Shown: positions 54,615 to 64,000 of the stretch, piece after piece
Numbering within the stretch: position 1 is the stretch's first letter
Layout: every line of letters begins with the position of its first letter
Assembly (NCBI RefSeq): GCF_009914755.1
Contig: NC_060926.1
DNA: 64,000 nt
Reading direction: 5' to 3' (one strand)
Origin: the human T2T-CHM13v2.0 reference genome, Homo sapiens
Notes under the pieces: model-generated
What the model was told of the DNA's origin: nothing
Database searches by the model: none
Seen by the model: the letters and a program-made list of their open reading frames with translations, nothing else
Program-made: the position numbers and the translations under genes

Positions 54615-57600
54615 ACCAATACCTTTGTTGTATTTTCACAAAAATGATGTCTAAACAATAAATGTTCAATTACTCATGCAATCTTAAACAAAGGGTTACT
54701 ATTAGGAAAATGAGTTAATTCCTTAGAAATTTTTCTTTTGGAGATTATTGGAGATGTGAGGTGATGAAGTGTAAGTGACTTGGTGTTATTAAGAAGGACA
54801 CCCCTGCAGGAGATAATATCCCTTAGTTCTAGTATCTATTCTATCAAAAATCCTTTAGTTCTATTATTCTGTCATTGACAGAACAATTGTCTCTAATATC
54901 ATCAAAGTTCTTTAACAACTATGAAATGTGACAATAGAACTAAATAATTTCAGAATGCTTTTCCAGGACCAAATTATATTTTCTTGATAGCATAAATAGC
55001 AGAGAACAATTTTAATTATAACACATAGTCAGTATTGTTTTGTTCTTTGTTAGGAAAAATGTTGACTATTAACATGACTTCTCTGTACTTGCCTTAGGAA
55101 TGTTTCTAAATGAAATATGCCTCATGTTGGTATTTAAATATCTTTATCAATTATTTTATTTCAAAAGCAAGAACTTGTGTCCTTACTCTTCAGAAAGTTT
55201 TATGTTTTCAATTTAATCTCCTACTGCTTAATATTTTCAGATAAAATGCTCCCTGGCTTTAGAAATCATTCATTAAATACAGGGGACAAGAAGTGGCATT
55301 AGAGGGCAGATTGTGTTGTGATTGTTTTACTTTTGATTTCTTCTTTTAGCCTCCTAAGAAAGACTCTGTAGCCCATGGCTTCTGTTAATACTATATAGCA
55401 GGAGTCAGTTTTTGCATCATTGGTGTTAGTGATGAGTGATACATCTGACAAAGGTTAGGATGCTTTTAGAACCATTTGACAGCAATGACCGCTGAAGATA
55501 GAAGTGGTTTTCCACTAATTTTTCTGGAAATAGAGCAGTGATATCTTTGTTCAGGAGTTTACATTTGACTTAGAAGGCCTTTATCCCATTTGCGTCTGTC
55601 AATAGTTTACTTATTTTCTGAAATGCTGTATAAATAGTATTCTTTCCCTTTAAAATTTCTCCAGTTGGAATTAAAATCTTTTTTTGTGTGTGGGATTAAA
55701 GGGAAAAAAAACTATAACAGCCATTCAATTGTAGTCCTATGAGAGTAAATTCTGTAATATATTTTTGACTTATGCTTGTATAAATTCTTATCTTGTCTCT
55801 GCTTGTCAGTAAAGGAGGGCTGACAGCAGGAGTCATAGATTGATGGATTCTATACCCCCAAAATGCCTAGAGCAGTGCAATTAGTATGATGTTAACTTGT
55901 TCAGTATGAGTTAGATTGGATTGAAATGATTACGGGAATGGAACACTGAGTCAAGAGCCATGTTAGTTCAACATTTGCCACCCACCCTCTTCCTGCATAT
56001 CTGTGTTTATAATCTTCATTGATTGTAGTTCAAATTTGCTGACAGAGGATTTTGTTGCTCTTAACTCCCCTAAATTTCTCATCCTATTTTAGTTCGTCTT
56101 CTACCTCTAGAACTTAGAACAGGAGAAAGTAATTGATGTGCTACATAACTCACTGCTTTTGAGTGAATGGTTGACAGTCAAAAATGTACTGATTTTTACT
56201 AACAACAAATCACTGCTCTGTATCTTGTGGAAAAGCACAGCTTCTTTCAAGAATTTACCATTAAATGGTAGGAATATGGTGGAAGAGAAAGACTTAATAG
56301 ACATAAAAGTTAAAATTGTTTCAGTGATTATTATGTGAAAGTTATCAAAATAATTATGGAGATCATTACATAAATGTGTAATTCACTGCACTACAATTAG
56401 AAATTATATATACAGGAAATATAATTTTTAATGCAGGAAAGATACAAAGACCATTTAGAATTTCAAAATAAAGTGAGGTGGCTGTGGGTTAGGTTGAAAG
56501 AGAATGAGAAGTGATTTGAGGTTGGCCTTGAATTACAGATAAGAATTAGGTGATTAGGCTGGGGGAGTATAGGTTGATATAGACATTTAGATAAAGATGA
56601 ACTGCAATTAAAGGTGTTTAAAAAAAACCTGTGGATAAACATCATTTGAACATACAAAAATATGAAGCAGACCATGTTACAACCATCTCTATGAAAAAAG
56701 CATAAGTCAAGCACTGAAGGGAATTTGAAAAAGGAGAGTGATGTAAGCTAGACTGGATGAGAATGAAAAGATCCCATCCATGAACAGTACATGACTTAGA
56801 TAGAAACACATTGGTAGTGCTAGAGTCAAATGATACTCAGCAGTTTGCGGCTGACTGGACACCCTGTTCAATCCATCTCCATAGAGACACAGACGTGTTG
56901 CACTGATTAACTGAGTAGGGTGTCATATTTCTATGATTTAGATCCTCCAAAAGTATACTCTCAAGTTCGGGGATTTATGCAGCATTTAATTCTAAATGGC
57001 CCATTCAGAAGCAGAAAAAACAAATGAGCATCAATTTAACTGAGAAATTTAACCCGAATAACTGAAAAATCACCAAGTGGCAGCTCTGAAATTCTGTAAT
57101 TCTAATATTCGATCTAAGGAGAAGAATATAGAAGTGTACCAATAAGATGAAAGTAATCTGGGAACACAGGGTTAGGTAAAAAATGTAGATATGGACGTTT
57201 ATATTAGAGTTAAAATATCAAGCATCAATAGAGAATTACAGTTTTTGTAGAAAGTAAATTTCAAGATTAATGTGAAAAAATCTGATTTTGATATGTAACA
57301 GGCTTTGTACAATTGCTGTAAGGGGCAGATGGTTCTACAGTTTTTATTTAGCAATGATGCTCACAAATCAAAATGCAGATAAAACTCCAACGCCATTTTT
57401 GACACCCTATTCTTCTAAATCTTAATTAGACATAAAATCAGTGGTTATAACTTGTGGATTAATTTGTAGATGTTGTGATCATCCTTTGGGAACTTTATGA
57501 AAGGACATGTGGAACATCATGTATTAAGTATTAAATAAAGCTTTAACCACACTCTAATGTGATTATGCCACTGAAATCCAGTTGAAAATTTTGGATATAA

Positions 57601-58252
57601 TATCTAACATCAAGAAATAAACTTTCAAGTACGAGACAAGTTAGTGAGCTATATGATTAAAGGAGCCACTAAATTGCATTTTCAGATTATTTCAGATTTT
57701 CAGGTGAAAAAAAATGACTCCTAATGTTCAATGGTATTTTTATTTTACATCCACTAACAGAAATACAATTTACATTGTTTTTGAAGAGCAGAGACACAAT
57801 GTTCATTTGTTCAGCATGACAGGGTTCAAACCAGAGATTTTATTTGGAAATTCCATAATATATTTACTTTACATCTCATTGCAGAATTTCTCTCTTACAA
57901 ATCCATTATTTAAAATATGCATGTCTACTCTGAAAATTTCCATAATATCTTAAAGGTTAATCTTTTTCATCCTTAGGATGGAATGATTAGAGTTGATGCC
58001 CTGCCTAACCTTTTATCATTACTTATGGTTGGGGAAATAAGTTAGTCTCTGTGTGAACACCAGTATTTTATTTCCGAAAACATGAAGCAGTCAGCGGAAA
58101 GTATAAGGATAAGAGTTTTCTAGGTAAAGGGAGTGGCTTGGGCAAAGACCCAGTAGAAAGAAAGGTCATCCCAAGTTCATTTACATAGAATTCAAAGTTC
58201 CAACTGGGGAATGAAAAGAGATGATATTGGAAGAGGAACAAAGAAAATCAAA

Positions 58253-58554
58253 TCCCTCCCCTCCCCCTCCCTTTCCTTCCCTCCCCTTCCCTCCCCTCCC
58301 CTTCCCTCCCCTTCTCTCTTTCTCTTTTTCTTTCTTTCTTTCGTTCTTTCTTTCTTTTCTTTCTCTCTTTCCTTTCTTTCTTTCTTTCCTTTCTTTCTTT
58401 CCTTTCTTTCTTTTCTTTCTTTCTTTTTCTTTCTTCTTTCTTTCCTTCTTTTTCTTTTTTTCTCTCTCTTCCCTCTTTCTCCTATTTTCTTTCCTTCCTT
58501 CTTTTTCTCCTTTTTTCCTTCTTCCCTCTTCTTATACTTCCCTCTCCTTCTTTC
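58253..58554. repeat. ~300-bp polypyrimidine tract, (CCCCT)n grading into (CTTT)n
   Basis: Only about 4 purines in ~300 nt. Confidence 0.97.
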
Positions 58555-58583
58555 ATTCAGTATTGTTTGTTTTGCAGATTAAC

Positions 58584-58638
58584 AAGCATCCCTACCAAAC
58601 CCTGTCTTGAAGCATCCCTACCAAACCCTATCTTGAAG
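58584..58638. repeat. 26-bp tandem duplication
   Basis: aagcatccctaccaaaccct(g/a)tcttg x2. Confidence 0.95.
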
Positions 58639-59511
58639 TCAAATAATTAGCTGTCATCTTTATCTTTGTGGGATCATGGGATCCCCTAAGATCCTTATTA
58701 ATGAAATTGCTTCTCATTTTATTCTTTGCCTGCTCTCTTGCTCTTTCACCTAAGTGTGATTTATATACAGAAAAGTAATTGAAAACTATCTGGTCTTGGT
58801 GAATTTGAAAAGAGTTTTTCTGTATTTTATGAGATATTTGCAGTTGACCAAGCTTCTTCTATTAGCAAGTTCTCAAGTCAGTTTCCTGTAGATGGGATTT
58901 AGTTCTGTTCTGTAACAATGCACACTGAATTTCTCATTTGCCCTTAAGCTCCTTGGCCCAGTGACATACCACTTTAAGTTTAATCAGACAAAAAAATCAC
59001 AAAAGCTCCCAGTCTCGAGTGACCACTGACCTTTTGTCCTGAAAGCGTGAAGAGAAGAAATTTTCCTTTTTTGTGAAGTTTGTGTGAGACTCACTACATA
59101 CCTGTGTGCCGTGTTTATTTCAAATTCATTGTGACCCAAGTTAACGCTGTCTCTGTCAGTTGGAAAACCAGCACTATGCTTTGTTGCCACTATAAACAAT
59201 CCTTTCTAGTAGCTACCTCCCTGAGTGTACAATTTTCATCACAATTTTTTTGAACAGAGTCAAAGAAGATATGATAAAGACTCAGATAACTGCTTACTAG
59301 GGCTTGACTAAATAACTTATTTATTAAAGCCATAGTTCTTTAGCAACAAGTGTTTTTAAGACAAGGTGGCAAACTTCTCCTCTCATTGGGACATGGAAAC
59401 CTCTGTGTCCTACCGCTCACATTATCCCACCTGCATGTGATTGATCTTTTCAGTTCATAATACAACACCCCTAAAGACGGGCTAACTTTTTCTAATGTTT
59501 ACATTGGTTAG

Positions 59512-59888
<377 letters not shown>

Positions 59889-60446
59889 TGATGTTGCACC
59901 CTAAATACTTTTGATTTTCAGAAGTTAGTGAGCAGGGAAGCTAGTATCTGTATGATTACACAGAGCCCAAGTATAGAACATATGATGGGCAGCGAGACAT
60001 TATCAAAGTTTTCTGTTTTGAGTAGCTGTAAGAATATTAAATGCCTAGAAAGTCACCTTTTGCAATCTAGACCTTTTTCTGAGCATTGCTGACTTTGTAT
60101 ATTTAAATGTTTAAGTGTGCTTCTATGACATTTCAAATATATTTTTGTTCAAGAATATTCACTGGTTAAACACTGAGTATCTTTCAGTTTGTTCTTAAAA
60201 ATAAGTTCCCCTCTAAAAATAAGAATTTACTAAAGCTGAATACACATGTTTGGGTCACACAAATTAGATTAGCCTTCTGAGAGATGCAGTACTTGAAAAC
60301 AAATGGCAGCTGTGGAGAAAGAAACAAACAAACTAAAATTTTTGCACAGAGAGATAAGAGTTTTTACTTTTTGTTTAAAGTGTAAGTAGGGTTTCAGAGA
60401 TTCCAGGAAGAAGATGTAGTGTATAATCTTAGCCAATAGACCGCAG

Positions 60447-60683
60447 GGTGGAGTGCTAAAAATGTGTACACATGGATGTAAAGAGTAGAATGAGAGACAG
60501 TGGAGACTCAGAAGGGTGAGGGATGGGGTGCAGGAACAGAAGATGAGAAATTACGTAGTGGGTACAGTGCACATTATTCATGTGATGGACCCCCTAAAAG
60601 CCCCAACTTGACCATTGTGCAATCTCTGCATGTAACAAAATTGTACTTGTACTCCATAAATTTATATAAATTTAAAGAAAGAA
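60447..60683 (+). mobile_element. L1PB4-like 3' end
   Basis: gtacacatggatgtaaagagtagaatgagagacagtggagactcagaagggtg...catgtaacaaaattgtacttgtactccataaatttat. Confidence 0.85.
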
Positions 60684-60754
60684 GTTGTGTAAACAAAGCC
60701 ACTAGATAGTGGGTGGGTAGGCAGAGCCTGTCCTCTCTGAATACACTGCACTGT

Positions 60755-61350
60755 TGTGCAGTAAAGGACAGACTTTGCTCAAGAAAACTTTAGCCTCTGT
60801 CCAGCTCCTGGAGGTAACCCCTTAGCCCTTGGAATGTTCTGCTTGGTAAGACTGTCTATACTTACCTGAGAGCCTTGGGTCTTCCCAGGTAGTCTACACT
60901 AAACCATATGATTTCTAGTGGGAACTTTGGGCCGTGCAGTAGCAGTGTGACCTCTAGTGACCTCTGGAGGGGTTGCAGACTGAAGACTAGCCACATAGTT
61001 AGTTAGCCATGTCTACGTGACTACCCGTTTCCTTCTTCCCTATAAAACTCTTGAACACAAATTCTTGGTGAGCTTCCCTGAATGGCAAGATTCTGGGCGT
61101 ATTGACATATATTGACGTGGAGAGACGAAATCCCTCTCCGTCCAACTCCCCTAGGAAAGGGTGGTTGAAAAATTGCACCTGAAACTCTCCTGGGCCCTAC
61201 CCTACGCACCTCTTCTTATTTCTAATTTTCACCTGTGTCCTTTTGCTGTGTTAAAGTTTAACCATGAGTTAAATGCTTTTGCTGAATTCTATGAGTCCTT
61301 CTAGAAATTCATTGAAATTGAGACTAGGTTGAGGAAACCCAGAAACTACA
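60755..61350 (+). mobile_element. MER77/MER68-like (ERVL) solo LTR
   Basis: ggaggtaaccccttagcccttggaat...gccatgtctacgtgac...ggtgagcttccctg...ctgaattctatgagtccttctag...aactaca. Confidence 0.8.
60948..60963 (-). promoter_or_regulatory. Perfect DR4 nuclear-receptor motif AGGTCA-ctag-AGGTCA
   Basis: Plus strand reads TGACCT ctag TGACCT; motif only, function untested. Confidence 0.45.
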
Positions 61351-61776
61351 GCTGCAGTTTATAAAAATTAGGAGCTTTTTCTGTGTTCCCTCTAGGACCT
61401 TGCCATTGTTCCTATCATGGCCCTTGTCATGCTGTATTCTAATGGCTTATCTATTTGTTAGTCACCTTCAATACTGTGCAATTCATAAGCTAGGATTGTT
61501 TCTCATCCTGTTTCTATTTCTTTTTGTTTTTTTGTAGATTTTTTTTTACTCACTTGCAATGTTTTGATTTGTGTTTAATAACACGAAGAAGTATTTAACA
61601 TCCTTTGATAAATGAAAAAGAGTTACGAAATTATTCCAGGTGAATTACTTAGTACTGTCTTAGCAATTGTACATTCTCTTTTCAAATATGTTTACTTAGA
61701 AAATTATCCTGTTTATTGAATTATTTCAAATTTAAACAACAATATTTTTCTCCATGATTTCTCATTTTAAATATCT

Positions 61777-62750
61777 GTTTTTTAAATTTACACATAATAA
61801 TTGTATATATGTATTAGGGTACACTATGATGTTTTGAGACATATAATGTGTAGTGTTAAGATAGAGTTAATTAGCATATCCAACATCTAAAACATTTATC
61901 ACTTTTTTGTGTTGAGAACATTCAATATACTCTTTCTAGCTGTTTTAAACTATGTATTATTGTTAACTGTAACCATCTTACAGTGGTAGAACTTATTCCT
62001 TTGTAGCTATAATTTTGTATCTTTTAACAAATCTCTCCCTGTTCCTCCCCCTATTCTACCCAGGCTCTAGTATCCTCTGTTATACTTTTTACTTCTGTGA
62101 GATCAACATTTTTTTAGCTTCCACATAAGAGTGAGAAGAACAGGCAGTGTTTAAGTCTGTTCCTAGCTTATTTCACTTAACATAATGCCCTTTAAGTCCA
62201 TCCATGTTGCCTTGAATAACAAAATTGTATTCTTTTTATGGCCACATGGTATTCCACTGTGAATATATACCACATTTTCTTTATTCATTTATCTATTGTT
62301 GGACACCTAGGCTAATTCCATATCTTGGCTATTAGAAATAGTACTGCCGTGAACATGGGGATGCAGATGTCTCTTTGAAATACGTATTTTCTTTTTCTTG
62401 GATAAATTCCCAGTAGTGGGATTGCTACATCATATGGTGGTTCTATTTGTGGTTTTATTTATTTATTTATTTATTTTTTTTAGGAATTTTTACATTGTTC
62501 TCTATAGTGGCCGTACTAGTTTACATTGCCACCCACAGTATATAAGAGTATGCTTGTCTCTGCATTCTTGCCAGCATTTGTTATTTATTGTCTTTGATAA
62601 TAGTCATCCCAACTGGGATGAAACAATAACTCATTGTGATTCTCATTTCCATTTAACTAATTATTAGTGATGTTGAGCATTTTTTCGTATTTTTTTGCCA
62701 TTTGTAATATTCTTTTGAAAAATATCTGTTCATATTTTGGCCCATTTTTG
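61777..62750 (-). mobile_element. L1MA4A-like 3' end
   Basis: ctctagtatcctctgttatactttttacttctgtgagatcaac...ggataaattcccagtagtgggattgct. Confidence 0.88.
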
Positions 62751-62754
62751 AAAT

Positions 62755-63674
62755 TTTGTTATATTTTATTTTTTAAGTCCCGGGGTACATGTGCAGGATG
62801 TGCAGGTTTGTTAAATAAGTAAGTGTGCGCCATGGTGGTTTGCTGCATTTATCAACCCATCACCTAGGTGTTAAGCCAAGCATGTATTAACTCTTTTTCC
62901 TAATGCTCTCCCTACCCCATTGACCTTCCCCCACAGGCCCCAGTGTATGTTGTTCCCTTCCCTGTGTCCATGTGTTCTTTTTTCAGCCCCCACTTATAAG
63001 TGAGAACATGTGGTGTTTGGTTTTCTGTTCCTGCATCAGTTTGCTAAGGATAATGACTTCCAGCTTCATCTATGTCCCTGCAAAGGTCATGATCTAGTTT
63101 CTTTTCATGGCTGCATAGCATTCCATGATGTATATATACCATATTTTCTTTATCCAGTCTTTCACTGATGGGCATTTGGGTTGATTCCATGTCTTTGCTA
63201 TTGTGAATAATGCTGCAATGAACATATACATGCATGTATCTTTATAATAGAATAATTTATATTCCTTTGGAATATAAATTGTTCATTGAACAAATGAATC
63301 CTTGATAGCAGCTACACCAGTAATGGACTTGCTGGGTCAAATGGTATTTCTGGTTCTAAATATTTGAGGAATTGCCACTTCTGTCTTCCATAATGGCTGA
63401 ACTAATTTATATTCCCACCAACAGTGTAAAAGTGTTCCTATTTCTCCACAACCTCACCAGCATCTGTTGTTTCTTGACTTTTTAATAATCGCCATTCTGA
63501 CTGGCATGAGATGGTGTCTCATTGTGGTTTTGATTTGCATTTCTCTAATGATCAGTGATGTTAAGCTTTTTTTCCATATGTTTGTCAGCTGCATGTATGT
63601 CCTCTTTTGAGAAGTGTCTGTTCATGACCTTTGCCTACTTTTTAATAGGGTTGTTTGTTTTTTCTTGTAAATTT
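62755..63674 (-). mobile_element. L1PA8/10-like 3' end
   Basis: ggggtacatgtgcaggatgtgcaggtttgtt...caggccccagtgtatgttgttcccttccctgtgtccatgtg...gctgggtcaaatggtatttctgg. Confidence 0.93.
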
Positions 63675-64000
63675 ACATTCCATGCTCATGGATAGGAGGA
63701 ATCAATATTGTGAAAATGGCCATACTGCCCTAATCAATTTATAGATTCAGTGCTATCACCATTAAACTACTATTGACAGTCTTCACAGAATTAGGAAAAA
63801 CTATTTTAAAATTCATATGAAACCAAAAAAGAGCTTGTATAGTCAGGACAATCCTAAGCAAAAGAACAAAGCTGGAGGCAGTGTGCTACCTAACTTAAAA
63901 CTATACTACAAAGCTACAGTAACCAAAACAGCATGGTAGTGGTACAAAAATGAGCATAGACTAGTAAAACAGAATAGAGAACTCAGAAATAAAACCACAC
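63675..64000 (+). mobile_element. Inverted ORF2 segment of the same L1PA (runs off the window)
   Basis: acattccatgctcatggataggaggaatcaatattgtgaaaatggccatactgcc...aagaacaaagctggaggc. Confidence 0.92.

Noticed and set aside
56875-56888. RFX X-box-like ATCTCCATAGAGAC
   Set aside because: Imperfect, isolated motif with no other support.
58211-58610. 123-aa and 129-aa F/S/L/P-rich ORFs
   Set aside because: Artefacts of a stop-free polypyrimidine tract.

Overview
AT-rich, CpG-depleted primate (human-like) genomic DNA. It is most likely a gene desert or a large intron. No intact protein-coding gene, tRNA, rRNA or CRISPR array is supported; the ORFs I could trace are Alu-, L1-, LTR- or low-complexity-derived, and none of the rest matches a protein I recognise. 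Much of the window is recognisable interspersed repeat: about 11 Alu/FLAM copies (several with TSDs, one nested), old and middle-aged L1s (four with 5'-inversion architecture), a near-complete HAL1, an ERVL pol fossil, about 10 solo or partial LTRs, a hAT-Tip100 MITE, and MIR/L2 relics. The clearest structure not explained by repeats is a 183-bp, 97.8%-identical inverted repeat (49900-50082 / 50801-50983). It lies in apparently unique DNA, flanks a 718-bp MIR-containing spacer, and has a fold-back hairpin at one junction. Also notable are a perfect DR4 nuclear-receptor element in a CpG-retaining LTR just upstream of a TATA box, a TA-centred palindrome, a ~300-bp polypyrimidine/G4 tract, and some candidate exons of low to moderate confidence. 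Repeat subfamily names were assigned by eye from remembered consensus motifs, not by a database search. I cannot claim a new biological system from sequence alone.
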